Source: Bacteroidota bacterium (GTDB lineage Bacteria > Bacteroidota > Bacteroidia > Bacteroidales > VadinHA17). Taken from it: a DNA stretch of 64,000 nt. The position numbers were made by a program, and so were the translations under genes. Below are positions 29,474 to 39,441 of the stretch, piece after piece; the first letter of the stretch is position 1, and each line of letters starts with the position of its first letter. The notes under the pieces were generated by a model. It did no database searches. It was not told where the DNA came from and worked only from the letters and a program-made list of their open reading frames with translations. The DNA is taken from positions 8,016 to 72,015 of the forward strand of contig DSCJ01000133.1 in the NCBI GenBank assembly GCA_011049175.1, read 5' to 3'.

Positions 29474-30471
29474 AATACTTCATTACCGGCATTACGGGAT
29501 TTACGGGGCAGAAACTGGCCGGAGAACTGACCGCCCGCGGACACATACTGCGCGGACTGGCAAGAGACAGAGGGAAAATTCCCACCGGTTTGCAGTCCGG
29601 GGTGGAATGGGTAACAGGCAATCTTTCGGACAAAGAGGCGCTGCAAAGGCTGGTCGCGGGATGCGAAGGAGGGTTCCACCTGGCCGCCAATACCAGCGTA
29701 TGGTCTGCCGACCCGGACGCTCATATAAGGGACAATGTTACGGGGACCCTGAACGTACTGGAGGCAGCCCGGGAAGCAGGGGTAAAGAAAACCGTTATTG
29801 TCTCCACGGCGGGGGTATTCGGTCCCTCCCGGCAGGGGGAGAAAACTACCGAAGGTTCTCCCCGCCCGGCAACATACCACACAAGATATGAAACCTCCAA
29901 GGCCCTGATGGAGAAAGAAGTGAGGAAGCGGAACGATCTATCCGGACTGTGGGTTATGGTACATCCAACCCGCGTATACGGTCCGGGTATTCTGAACCAT
30001 GCCAATTCGGTAACCCGTATCATCGACAGCTACCGGCGGGGAAAATGGAGAATCCTTCCGGGTAACGGCAATCCGAAAGGCAACTATGTATATATCGATG
30101 ATATAGTGAACGGTATGATCCTGGCCATGGAAAAAGGGAAACCCGGGGAAAATTACCTGCTGGGAGGGGAAACCCTATCTTACCGGGATTTTTTTCACAT
30201 TCTGGGAGAGGAATCAGGCCGCTCGAGGGTGATGTTGCCGGTTCCGGGAGCTCTGCTCACCCTCATGACCCGGATCATCTGCCTGCCGGCCAATCTTACC
30301 GGCCGGACACCCCTCATCACGCCTTCATTTATGAAAAGGTACCTGCACCACTGGATGCCATCCAGTGAGAAGGCTGTCCGCGATCTTGGCTACCAGATCA
30401 CCCCTTTCCGTGAAGGAGTGCGGGAAACCCTGAAATGGCTGAAAGAAATGGAAAAGGAAGAAGGACGCTAA
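29470..30471 (+). CDS. Extended SDR / NAD-dependent epimerase-dehydratase
   Basis: TGITGFTG, HLAA, YETSK, PTRVYGPG; ATGA overlap with the CPBP gene. Confidence 0.9.
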   Translation: MKYFITGITGFTGQKLAGELTARGHILRGLARDRGKIPTGLQSGVEWVTGNLSDKEALQRLVAGCEGGFHLAANTSVWSADPDAHIRDNVTGTLNVLEAAREAGVKKTVIVSTAGVFGPSRQGEKTTEGSPRPATYHTRYETSKALMEKEVRKRNDLSGLWVMVHPTRVYGPGILNHANSVTRIIDSYRRGKWRILPGNGNPKGNYVYIDDIVNGMILAMEKGKPGENYLLGGETLSYRDFFHILGEESGRSRVMLPVPGALLTLMTRIICLPANLTGRTPLITPSFMKRYLHHWMPSSEKAVRDLGYQITPFREGVRETLKWLKEMEKEEGR

Positions 30472-30479
30472 GGCCGGAA

Positions 30480-30854
30480 TTATTCGTATTCAATAAAATT
30501 AAAATTGATATCGAGAATGGACGCATAGTATTCTCCCCGTTCCAGGATATCGTCATCGCCTTCCTCATAATACCAGTTGATCACAAGGCGCCCTCCGTTT
30601 TTCCCCACATTCAACAGCTCCTGAAGGATATCCAGAATCATCCGGGCAGAACTGCTGTTAAAATACTCCAGTTTGATATTCACTACGGTTTCAGGCCGGG
30701 GATTCTGCAAATATCCTTCCACCCAGTGTTTTACGGGCTCAAAAAACTCCACTGCATTTTCAGTGATGGAACGCCCGGAAAAAGAAATGGCTCCGGCAGG
30801 ATCAAGGATAATCTCCGGGGTCCGTTTGGTAGATTCCAGTTTAAACAATTCCAT
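30480..30854 (-). CDS. DUF1987/SiaC family protein
   Basis: TP.I, GRSI.EN..FF.P, LEYFNSSS, INWYY...DDDI.E.GE. Confidence 0.85.
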   Translation of the reverse strand: MELFKLESTKRTPEIILDPAGAISFSGRSITENAVEFFEPVKHWVEGYLQNPRPETVVNIKLEYFNSSSARMILDILQELLNVGKNGGRLVINWYYEEGDDDILERGEYYASILDINFNFIEYE

Positions 30855-30938
30855 AACGGAAAGTTCTGCTTAAAAATACACATTTTTTATGACTATTGTG
30901 CAGAGCAATTCATTTGCCGGAGTTTTTGGGCTGTATTT

Positions 30939-31958
30939 TCACATGGGGAAACGAGCCAGTGGCACCGTCTCCTGCCCTGTCCTTTCCCCGGCAAGGTACT
31001 TGTAATAAGCTGTAACACCTATCATTCCCGCATTATCAGTAGTATATATGAATTCAGGAATATAGATATTCCAGCCATACCGTTTTGCTCTTTCCTCCAG
31101 GGCATCCCGCAGGGCTTGATTGGCTGATACACCGCCGGCAATTCCAATCTCTCTGATCCCTGTCTGTTCACTGGCTTTCTCCAGCTTGTCCATCAGCACC
31201 TCGACGATGGTATGCTGGATGGAAGCACTGAGGTCGGCTTTTCTTTCTTCAATGAAACGGGGGTTTTTCTCAACCTCGTCGTGCACCAGGTAGAGGAATG
31301 AAGTTTTCAGTCCGCTGAAACTGAAATCCAGCCCCCCGATTCGGGGACGGGCAAAAGCAAAGGCATGAGGGTCCCCTTCCCGGCTGAGCCGGTCAATAAC
31401 AGGTCCGCCGGGATAAGGAATCCCCAGTACTTTGGCGCATTTGTCAAAAGCCTCTCCTGCCGCATCGTCGATGGTTTGACCAATCACCTCCATTTCCAGA
31501 AACCCTCTGGCCACAACCAGCTGGGTATGGCCCCCTGATACCAGCAAACACAGAAACGGGAAACCGGGTGTTTTAACCTTTTTGCCGGGTTCTCCGGCCC
31601 AGTGTGCCATAATATGCGCATGCAAATGGTTGACCCCAATCAGCGGGATACCCAGGGAAAGGGCCAGTCCTTTGGCAAAGGAAACCCCCACCAGAAGCGA
31701 ACCCAGCAAACCCGGTCCCTGTGTAAATGCCACCGCACTGAGCCGGTTTTTCTCCACACCGGCCTCTTTCAATGCCTGATCCACTACCGGCACCACATGC
31801 TGCTGGTGAGCCCTGGAAGCCAGTTCGGGAACTACTCCGCCATAGTTTCTGTGCACCTTCTGGTTGGCGATCAGATTCGACAGAACTATCCCGTTGCGCA
31901 CCAGGGCCGCCGAGGTGTCGTCACAGGAAGATTCGATGGCAAGAATGGTCACGTGCAT
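30939..31958 (-). CDS. tsaD: tRNA N6-threonylcarbamoyltransferase TsaD
   Basis: ILAIESSCDDT, GGVVPELASRAH, HLHAH, LLVSGGHT, DDAAGEAFDK, SFSGLKT, DNAGMI. Confidence 0.97.
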   Translation of the reverse strand: MHVTILAIESSCDDTSAALVRNGIVLSNLIANQKVHRNYGGVVPELASRAHQQHVVPVVDQALKEAGVEKNRLSAVAFTQGPGLLGSLLVGVSFAKGLALSLGIPLIGVNHLHAHIMAHWAGEPGKKVKTPGFPFLCLLVSGGHTQLVVARGFLEMEVIGQTIDDAAGEAFDKCAKVLGIPYPGGPVIDRLSREGDPHAFAFARPRIGGLDFSFSGLKTSFLYLVHDEVEKNPRFIEERKADLSASIQHTIVEVLMDKLEKASEQTGIREIGIAGGVSANQALRDALEERAKRYGWNIYIPEFIYTTDNAGMIGVTAYYKYLAGERTGQETVPLARFPM

Positions 31959-32071
31959 TTCGTACCGAAGATATTCAGGTATTCAAACTTTTTTTATTTC
32001 TTTTGCGTTAGCAAGTTAAAGGCCGTAAAGTTATCAAAAAAATCCTCAAAACCGGACTGATTATTCTGCTG

Positions 32072-35000
32072 GTGATCACCGGACTGGTGCTGGCAGGTTA
32101 TGTGGCGATGCATATTCCCAGGGTACAAACCGAGGGGGTAAAGAAGGCCGTTACCTATCTTGAAAGAAAGCTGGGAAACCGCATCGGGTTTACCAGGGTA
32201 CGGATCAAGCTTTTCAACCGGGTGATGATGTCGGATTTTTATCTGACCGACCTGCAGGGGGATACACTGGTCAGGGCAGATATTCTTACGGCCCATCTGC
32301 GGCGTTTCCATCCCGGTGACCGGGAATTCTTCATGAACCGGATCATTCTGGAAAATCCCGATATTCGGTTCCGCATAGACACGGCGGGAGAATTCAATCT
32401 TACTTTTCTGGCGGAAGCCCTGAAAAGAAAAGACCTCTCCAAGCCCAAAATGAGGCTCAGGTTCGACGAGATCATTCTGAGGGAAGGCCGGTTCACCTTC
32501 CGTGACGAAAGGGTCGACCCCGGGAAAGAAGGGGTTCAATTTGCCGACCTGGAAATGAACGATCTGGAGCTTTCCCTGGGCAGGCTGCGGGTAGTGCGCG
32601 ACAGCGTTTCCTTCCATATCAGTCATCTTTCCTTCCTCGAAAAGTCGGGACTGCTTGTCAGGAACTGGAGTTCCGAAAACATGATCCACAAGCAATTTGC
32701 TGATATCAGATCAATCAGGTTCCAGACTGGCAGGTCTTCTGTGAGTATGCCATCCCTAAGGCTGGACTATCCCTCCTATTCTTCCATGAATTTTTTTTCC
32801 GACAGTGTTCGGATGCAAATCGGTATTGAAACATCGAACATCGCCCTTTCTGATATTGCGCTGTTTGCACCCGCGCTGGAGGACATCAACGAAACCGTCT
32901 TGCTGGAAGGAAAAATAAGCGGCAGGCTAAGCGATCTGAACGGCCGGGATCTGAAGATGTTTTACGGCGGCAACACCTATTATCAGGGAAATTTTGACCT
33001 GATCGGCCTCCCCCGGATTAACGAAACGTTCATTTTTTTCGAAGTGGAAGAGTTGGTCACTTCGGTTATGGATATCGAGGCGCTGGAATTCCCACGGAAC
33101 AACGGAAAAATCAGGCTGCCCGACAACCTACGTAAACTGGGCAGGATCACCTACCGCGGCAATTTTACCGGGTTCACCGATGATTTTGTAGCTTACGGAA
33201 GACTTGATACCGATCTGGGGGAATTATCCCTGGACCTTTCATTCAAACCCGACTCCGCAAATTATTTCAGCTATGAAGGTTCAGTCAGAACCTCCGGGTT
33301 CAGGCTGGGAAAATTCATTTCAGCAGAACCGACAGTGGGCGATATTGCCCTTTCGGTGAATCTGGCCGGAATCAGCCGGAGCGGACGGGAATTCCGTGCC
33401 GAACTGGACGGGGTGGTCGATTCCTTGCTGCTGAAGGGTTACCGGTATACGAATATCGATCTGGAAGGGAAAATGACAGAAAAGATGTTTGACGGGTCGG
33501 TGGAGGTTGAAGACCCGAATGTGAAGCTGAGCTTCCTGGGATTGCTGAATTTTTCAGGAGAAACCCCGGAATTCGACTTCACCCTGAACATTCCACGGGC
33601 CAATCTGTACAATCTGAACATCGACAGGCAGGATACCCTGTCCACACTCAGTATGCTGATGACAGCCAATTTCAGGGGAAACAACCTCGACAATCTTGAC
33701 GGCGACATTAAGCTGTTCAACTCATCGCTGCAAAGGCACGGACGGGAATGGAATATTTACGATTTTTCCCTGATGGCGATGAACCGGCCCGATACCAGTA
33801 TGATCAGGCTTCGCACCGATTTCATGAATGCGGAGATCCTCGGAAAATATGAGGTGGCCTGCCTGCCCAACGCTTTTGAGTTCCTGTTACAACAGTACCT
33901 TCCTGCCATGGGAAGGGAAAAAATTGACCAGGACAGCCTGGCTATGAATGATTTTACCTATCACATCACCTTCCGGAACATGGATCCCATGTTGCAGGTA
34001 CTGTTACCCGAGTACAGTATTTCTGAAGGGTCTACCCTCAGCGGAAGGTTTGCTCCGGCAGACACCGATTTTTCTATTACGGGAAACATTGACAAACTGG
34101 GATTCGGAAAGAACTATTTTTCCAATCTTCGGATAAATACCACATCGGGCGATTCCCTGTATATTGCCCGTTTACAGGCCGGACACCTGTACCTGAGCAG
34201 GAATTTCGACCTGGTCGATCTCCGTTTTTCTTCCCGTCTGCAGAATGACAGTCTTTCCATCGATATTCGCTGGGACGACCAGGCCCGGATGCGGAATATG
34301 GGAGAAATGCATACCATGGCACATTTCCGGCCATCCCCGTCTGGGAAACTTCCCGGCCTGGATGTCCTGATCATGCCCTCACAGTTCATGGTCCAGGACA
34401 CCCTCTGGACCCTTTTCCCCACCCAGGTTACCATCGACTCTTCCTACGCACAGGTTGAAGGATTCCGCCTGCAGAACAAAGACCAGGTGCTGGCCATGCA
34501 GGGAGCCGTTTCCTCCGATCCTGCCGATACCCTGCACGTGGACTTTCAGAACCTCAACCTGGAGCTGATCAATCTTTTCCTGAACAATGAAAAAACCGTG
34601 CTGGAAGGGATTATTCACGGGCAGGCCTCCCTGTCAAGCCTTTACCGCCAGCCGATGTTCTCCTCACAGCTCATGATCCATAACCTGGCCATCAACCGGG
34701 AGGTTATTGGAAACACCACCCTGGCCAGTGTATGGGAACCTGAAAACAAAGCCATCAAAGCAACGGCTTATGCCATGCGGAATGACGACCGTACCATATT
34801 GCTCGACGGCCGGTATTTTCCGGAAAGCAGCGCCCTCGATTTCGATATCAAACTGGAAAAACTGAGGCTTCAGCTTCTTCATCCCTTCCTGTCGAAAGTG
34901 TTCAGGGATGTCAACGGAATGGCCAGCGGGAACCTTACCCTGCAGGGCACCACCCGGGAACCCCATCTGAACGGAATGATCAATATGCAGAAAGCCATCA

Positions 35001-36463
35001 TTGAGCTGCAGTTCCTCAACACCCGTTACAGTTTCACCCATCCCCTGGTCATCAGGGACAATTCCCTGTTTTTTGAGGAGGTGCAGGTATACGATGACCG
35101 TGGAAATATGGCCACCCTGAACGGAAAGATCATCAACGAATCTTTTCGCGACCTGATGCTTGACATGACACTCGATGCCCGGAATTTTCATCTTCTGAAT
35201 ACCGACTACAGCGATAACACCGATTTTTATGGAACCGCTTTTGGCACCGGTGTGGTAAGGATAAGCGGCCCTCCGAATGACCTGGATATACGGATCAATG
35301 CCCGCACGGAGGAAAATACAATGATTTACATTCCGCTCACATCAGGGGAGGTAGTACAGGAAGTGAATTACATCCGTTTCATCAACACACTACCCGATGC
35401 CGCCCGCGAGATAGACAAAAAGGAATACGAAGTAGACCTGTCAGGCATCAGAATGAATTTCAACCTCGAGATCACTCCCGCCGCTGAAACACAACTGATC
35501 TTTGATTCGCGGATGGGTGATATCATCAGGGGCCGGGGTTACGGAAACATTAACATGGAAATAAACACTTTCGGCAGGTTCCGGATGTTCGGGGAGTATG
35601 AATTCACTGAAGGCGATTACCTGTTCACCCTGCAGAACATCATCAACAAACGCCTGGATATCAGGGAGGGTAGTAAGATCATATGGAACGGCGATCCCCT
35701 CGATGCCCATATTGATCTGGAGGCCGTATACAGCCTGCGAACTTCTCTCTACGAACTGTTTATGGAAGAGAATTTCAGAAGAAGGATCCCGGTGGAATGC
35801 CAGTTATTTCTCACCAACAGGCTGATGAACCCCAATATCCGCTTCGACATACACCTCCCCACCGCTGATGAGGAAACACGTAATTACCTGAGAAATGCGA
35901 TCAACACCGAAGAAAAGCTCAGCAAGCAGTTCCTATCCCTGCTGGTATTGAACTCATTCCTGCCCGATCCCAATATCAATCCCATGGCCTCGACCAATCC
36001 GCTGGGCAGCTACACCCTGGGAGCCGAAAGTGTGGGGGTCACTACCAGCGAGCTGCTTTCGAACCAGCTCAGCCGCTGGCTTTCGCAGATCAGCAATGAC
36101 CTGGATATAGGGTTTACTTACCGGCCGGGCGATGAGATCAACCGCGACCAGGTGGAACTGGCTCTGTCGACCCAGTTGCTGAACGACCGGGTTGCCATCA
36201 ACGGGAATGTGGACGTAGGCGGCTACCAGTCGCCGACCAATACCAGTAACATTGTTGGCGATTTCAATGTGGAGGTAAAGCTGAACGAAAGCGGAAGACT
36301 GCGTGTGAAAGCGTTTAACAGGGCCAATGACAAGCTGATTTATGAGCAGGCTCCATACATCCAGGGAATCGGTCTTTTTTACCGGGAAGAATTCGATTCC
36401 TTCAGTCAGCTGATGAACCGTTACCGGAACAAATTATTCAGGAAAAAAGAAGAGGATGAATAA
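32072..36463 (+). CDS. tamB: TamB-like translocation/assembly module protein (true start probably upstream, at ATC 32033)
   Basis: About 1460 aa, N-terminal TM followed by P.VQT, beta-taco-like repeats, C-terminal LS.QLLNDR..ING / GDF.VE.KL...G.LR.KAFNR; divergent from tsaD. Confidence 0.85.
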   Translation: MITGLVLAGYVAMHIPRVQTEGVKKAVTYLERKLGNRIGFTRVRIKLFNRVMMSDFYLTDLQGDTLVRADILTAHLRRFHPGDREFFMNRIILENPDIRFRIDTAGEFNLTFLAEALKRKDLSKPKMRLRFDEIILREGRFTFRDERVDPGKEGVQFADLEMNDLELSLGRLRVVRDSVSFHISHLSFLEKSGLLVRNWSSENMIHKQFADIRSIRFQTGRSSVSMPSLRLDYPSYSSMNFFSDSVRMQIGIETSNIALSDIALFAPALEDINETVLLEGKISGRLSDLNGRDLKMFYGGNTYYQGNFDLIGLPRINETFIFFEVEELVTSVMDIEALEFPRNNGKIRLPDNLRKLGRITYRGNFTGFTDDFVAYGRLDTDLGELSLDLSFKPDSANYFSYEGSVRTSGFRLGKFISAEPTVGDIALSVNLAGISRSGREFRAELDGVVDSLLLKGYRYTNIDLEGKMTEKMFDGSVEVEDPNVKLSFLGLLNFSGETPEFDFTLNIPRANLYNLNIDRQDTLSTLSMLMTANFRGNNLDNLDGDIKLFNSSLQRHGREWNIYDFSLMAMNRPDTSMIRLRTDFMNAEILGKYEVACLPNAFEFLLQQYLPAMGREKIDQDSLAMNDFTYHITFRNMDPMLQVLLPEYSISEGSTLSGRFAPADTDFSITGNIDKLGFGKNYFSNLRINTTSGDSLYIARLQAGHLYLSRNFDLVDLRFSSRLQNDSLSIDIRWDDQARMRNMGEMHTMAHFRPSPSGKLPGLDVLIMPSQFMVQDTLWTLFPTQVTIDSSYAQVEGFRLQNKDQVLAMQGAVSSDPADTLHVDFQNLNLELINLFLNNEKTVLEGIIHGQASLSSLYRQPMFSSQLMIHNLAINREVIGNTTLASVWEPENKAIKATAYAMRNDDRTILLDGRYFPESSALDFDIKLEKLRLQLLHPFLSKVFRDVNGMASGNLTLQGTTREPHLNGMINMQKAIIELQFLNTRYSFTHPLVIRDNSLFFEEVQVYDDRGNMATLNGKIINESFRDLMLDMTLDARNFHLLNTDYSDNTDFYGTAFGTGVVRISGPPNDLDIRINARTEENTMIYIPLTSGEVVQEVNYIRFINTLPDAAREIDKKEYEVDLSGIRMNFNLEITPAAETQLIFDSRMGDIIRGRGYGNINMEINTFGRFRMFGEYEFTEGDYLFTLQNIINKRLDIREGSKIIWNGDPLDAHIDLEAVYSLRTSLYELFMEENFRRRIPVECQLFLTNRLMNPNIRFDIHLPTADEETRNYLRNAINTEEKLSKQFLSLLVLNSFLPDPNINPMASTNPLGSYTLGAESVGVTTSELLSNQLSRWLSQISNDLDIGFTYRPGDEINRDQVELALSTQLLNDRVAINGNVDVGGYQSPTNTSNIVGDFNVEVKLNESGRLRVKAFNRANDKLIYEQAPYIQGIGLFYREEFDSFSQLMNRYRNKLFRKKEEDE

Positions 36464-36546
36464 CCGGTCCGGGAAATCACAAGCCCAAATAATATTCCGG
36501 GTTCATTCTCGTTTTTTTCTTAACTTCGCAAACAAAAATACAGAGC

Positions 36547-37242
36547 ATGCTGAATTGGTTTTTATTACAGATCCAGATGGCGGATACCGCCGCCGTGCAA
36601 ACAGGTGAAGTTCAGGTTGAAACCCTTTCCTACTGGGACCTTGCCTTCAAAGGGGGATGGGTAATGATCCCCATAGCCCTTCTTTCGGTTATCGCCGTGT
36701 ACATATTTGTGGAAAGGTTTTTTGTCATCAGGAAAGCATCGCAGGAGGACATTACTTTCATGAACCGGATCAAGGAATATATCCATGAAGACAAAATAGA
36801 ATCGGCCTTCACCCTGTGCCAGTCGACCGATACGCCCATTGCCCGGATGATCGAAAAAGGGATCAGCCGTATCGGACGGCCGCTGAACGATATCAGTGCG
36901 GCTATTGAGAATGTGGGCAAGCTGGAAATCTACAAACTGGAAAAAGGGCTTCCCACCCTGGCAACAGTGGCCGGCGGGGCTCCCATGATCGGTTTCCTGG
37001 GAACGGTCATGGGGATGATCATTGCTTTTTATGATATGTCGAATGCCGGGAACAATGTGGACGTGGGTATGCTTTCGAACGGCATCTATACCGCCCTGGT
37101 CACTACAGTTGCCGGGCTGATCGTTGGCATTGTGGCATATTTTGCCTACAACATTCTGGTAGCCAAGGTGGAAAAGGTGGTATTCAACCTGGAAGCCCGG
37201 ACCACTGAATTTATGGATATCCTTAACGAACCCGTCAAATAA
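36547..37242 (+). CDS. exbB: MotA/TolQ/ExbB proton channel
   Basis: GGWVMIPI, APMIGFLGTV.GM, ALVTT.AGL.VGI. Confidence 0.92.
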   Translation: MLNWFLLQIQMADTAAVQTGEVQVETLSYWDLAFKGGWVMIPIALLSVIAVYIFVERFFVIRKASQEDITFMNRIKEYIHEDKIESAFTLCQSTDTPIARMIEKGISRIGRPLNDISAAIENVGKLEIYKLEKGLPTLATVAGGAPMIGFLGTVMGMIIAFYDMSNAGNNVDVGMLSNGIYTALVTTVAGLIVGIVAYFAYNILVAKVEKVVFNLEARTTEFMDILNEPVK

Positions 37243-37249
37243 GGAGAAA

Positions 37250-37642
37250 ATGGCCATTCAAAGCAGAAATAAGATCAGCGCCGGATTCAGCATGGCCGGA
37301 ATGACGGATATCATTTTCCTGCTGCTGATCTTTTTCATGATCACATCCACCCTTATCCACCCTACGGCGCTCAAGCTGCTGCTCCCACAGAGCAACACCC
37401 AGACATCTGCCAAGCCCCTGACCACCGTATCCATTACCCGCGACATTGAATATTACGTGGAAGACAGGCCGGTGGCCTTTGAAGATCTGGAACGGGTTTT
37501 GCAGGAAAGGATCGGGGATAACCGCGATATATACATTTCCCTGCATGTGGATCAGAGTGTCCCCATTGAATACGTGGTGAGGGTGATGAATATTGCCAAG
37601 GACAACGAATACAAGCTCATTCTGGCCACCAGGCCCAAATAG
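37250..37642 (+). CDS. exbD: ExbD/TolR
   Basis: MTDIIFLLLIFFM, L.LP, D..V....VV.VM. Confidence 0.92.
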   Translation: MAIQSRNKISAGFSMAGMTDIIFLLLIFFMITSTLIHPTALKLLLPQSNTQTSAKPLTTVSITRDIEYYVEDRPVAFEDLERVLQERIGDNRDIYISLHVDQSVPIEYVVRVMNIAKDNEYKLILATRPK

Positions 37643-37644
37643 GT

Positions 37645-38514
37645 ATGCTTCATGATCTGTTCATACACCGGAGAGGACTGATCGGCACTGTGATTTTTCA
37701 CGGGGTGCTGCTGGTACTGTTTTTGATCCTGGGATTTTCCCCCCCTGAAGTTCCCGAGGAAGAAGGCATACTGATCAATTTCGGATCGACGGAAACCGGC
37801 AGCGGACTGATCGAACCTTCCCGGGCTTCCGCTACACCCGAACCACAACCTTCCACACCTCCTCCCACCGAAACCAGGCAATCGGAAGAAGAAATCATGA
37901 CCCAGGATTTTGAGGAAACGGCTGCCGTGGAATCGGGCCGGGAAGAAACCACTCCCCCCGAAAAAACACCCGAACAGATAGCACGGGAAAAGGAAATGGA
38001 AAGACAGCGACAGGAAGAACTGGAAAGGCAGCGGCAGGAAGAACTGGAAAGGCAGCGCCGGCTGGAAGAACAAAGAAAGATTGAAGAGATATATGACCGG
38101 ACCCGGGCTGCCCTGTCGGGGAAAAATCTGGAGTCAGCGCAGAGCACGGGTGAAGGGGAAGCCGGAGAAGAAGGGAACCAGGGCCGCACGGAGGGTTCGG
38201 TGGAAAGCACAAGCCGGACGGGACGGGGATTGGGTGATGAAGGCATTTCATTCGATCTGGCCGGCAGAACACCCCAGTACCTGCCCAAGCCCGAATACAA
38301 TTACCAGAAAGACGGGCGGGTGGTGGTTGAAGTCACCGTCGACCGGTACGGGAATGTCACCAAAGCCATTCCCGGGGTAAAAGGATCAACCACTCTTGAC
38401 GATTATCTACTTGCTGTGGCAAGAAAAGCGGCCCTGGCGGCCAAATTCGATCCCAAACAGGATGCTCCTGCCTTTCAGAAAGGAACCATTACGTATTACT
38501 TTATTCTGGAATAG
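37645..38514 (+). CDS. TonB/TolA-like energy transducer
   Basis: N-terminal TM with His, Pro/Glu-rich linker, ERQRQEEL repeats, C-terminal G.VVVEV.VDR.G.V..A..G.KGSTT / GTITY.F. Confidence 0.85.
   Translation: MLHDLFIHRRGLIGTVIFHGVLLVLFLILGFSPPEVPEEEGILINFGSTETGSGLIEPSRASATPEPQPSTPPPTETRQSEEEIMTQDFEETAAVESGREETTPPEKTPEQIAREKEMERQRQEELERQRQEELERQRRLEEQRKIEEIYDRTRAALSGKNLESAQSTGEGEAGEEGNQGRTEGSVESTSRTGRGLGDEGISFDLAGRTPQYLPKPEYNYQKDGRVVVEVTVDRYGNVTKAIPGVKGSTTLDDYLLAVARKAALAAKFDPKQDAPAFQKGTITYYFILE
37997..38057 (+). repeat. 24-nt in-frame coding repeat (about 2.5 copies, ERQRQEEL)
   Basis: tggaaagrcagcgrcaggaagaac units. Confidence 0.8.
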
Positions 38515-38517
38515 CTG

Positions 38518-39318
38518 TCAGCCGGTGACCATGCCGATTACAGGATCGAGCAAACCCACCAGCTTGGCCGCCGACAGCAGCAGGGTTACAAGCAGGATGA
38601 TCCTGACGAATCCGGCCCCGCGTTTTACCGCCATCCTCGACCCAACGAATGCGCCCAGCATATTCCCTATTGCCAGGGTAAGTCCTATCCCGAACCTTAC
38701 CTGATCGTTGAACAGGAACACACCCAGGGCGAAGATGTTATATACCAGCACCACCAGCAGCTTGATGGGGTTTGCCCTGACCAGGTCGATACCGGCGCCG
38801 AGCACCAGGGCAGCCAGCAGGAAAAAGCCCACACCGGCCTGGATAAAACCACCATAAAGACCGATGGAAAAAAACAGGACCGCCTGCAACCAGCTGGTTT
38901 TCGAACGAACAGAGCCGGTCCGTACCTGCTCCTTTACCCACTTATCGGGCTTATACAGAATAATGAAGAACATCACTACCAGAAGGGCGCCGATGGTTTT
39001 TTCCATCACCTCTTCATTCAGGTTAACCGCTACCTGTGCGCCGATCAGTGATCCGACAATTGCCGGCAGAGCGAGCCTGATCCCGGTTTTCAGGTCCAGT
39101 ACTTTTTGCTGACGGAAACTGCCTACCGCCACCATGTTTTGCAGGATCAGGGCAACACGGTTGGTCCCGTTGGCCACATTGGCCGGTAGCCCCAGAAAGA
39201 TCAGAAGAGGCAGGGTAAGAAGGGAGCCGCCGCCGGCCAGGGTATTGATGAAACCGGCCATAAATCCAATACCGATCACAGCCAGTATCATGTACCACTC
39301 CATCGGAATCCAGTCCAT
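38518..39318 (-). CDS. TauE/SafE family sulfite exporter
   Basis: AGFINTLAGGGSLLTLP, ANGTNR, GLYGGFIQAGVG, GN..GA..G. Confidence 0.9.
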   Translation of the reverse strand: MDWIPMEWYMILAVIGIGFMAGFINTLAGGGSLLTLPLLIFLGLPANVANGTNRVALILQNMVAVGSFRQQKVLDLKTGIRLALPAIVGSLIGAQVAVNLNEEVMEKTIGALLVVMFFIILYKPDKWVKEQVRTGSVRSKTSWLQAVLFFSIGLYGGFIQAGVGFFLLAALVLGAGIDLVRANPIKLLVVLVYNIFALGVFLFNDQVRFGIGLTLAIGNMLGAFVGSRMAVKRGAGFVRIILLVTLLLSAAKLVGLLDPVIGMVTG

Positions 39319-39441
39319 TATCCGTTGCTATTAAAAAAGCAGAGGCTTCCTTCTTTCAGGCACCCCTGCCATGCTTTTTTTCCCCGGGAAAAATAGCGGA
39401 ATGACAACAAAACGGTTTACTGCTCCGCACACGGTTTTGTT

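Noticed and set aside
37997-38057. 24-nt repeat in the TonB/TolA-like gene as a contingency locus
   Set aside because: In-frame charged-helix spacer, ordinary for this family
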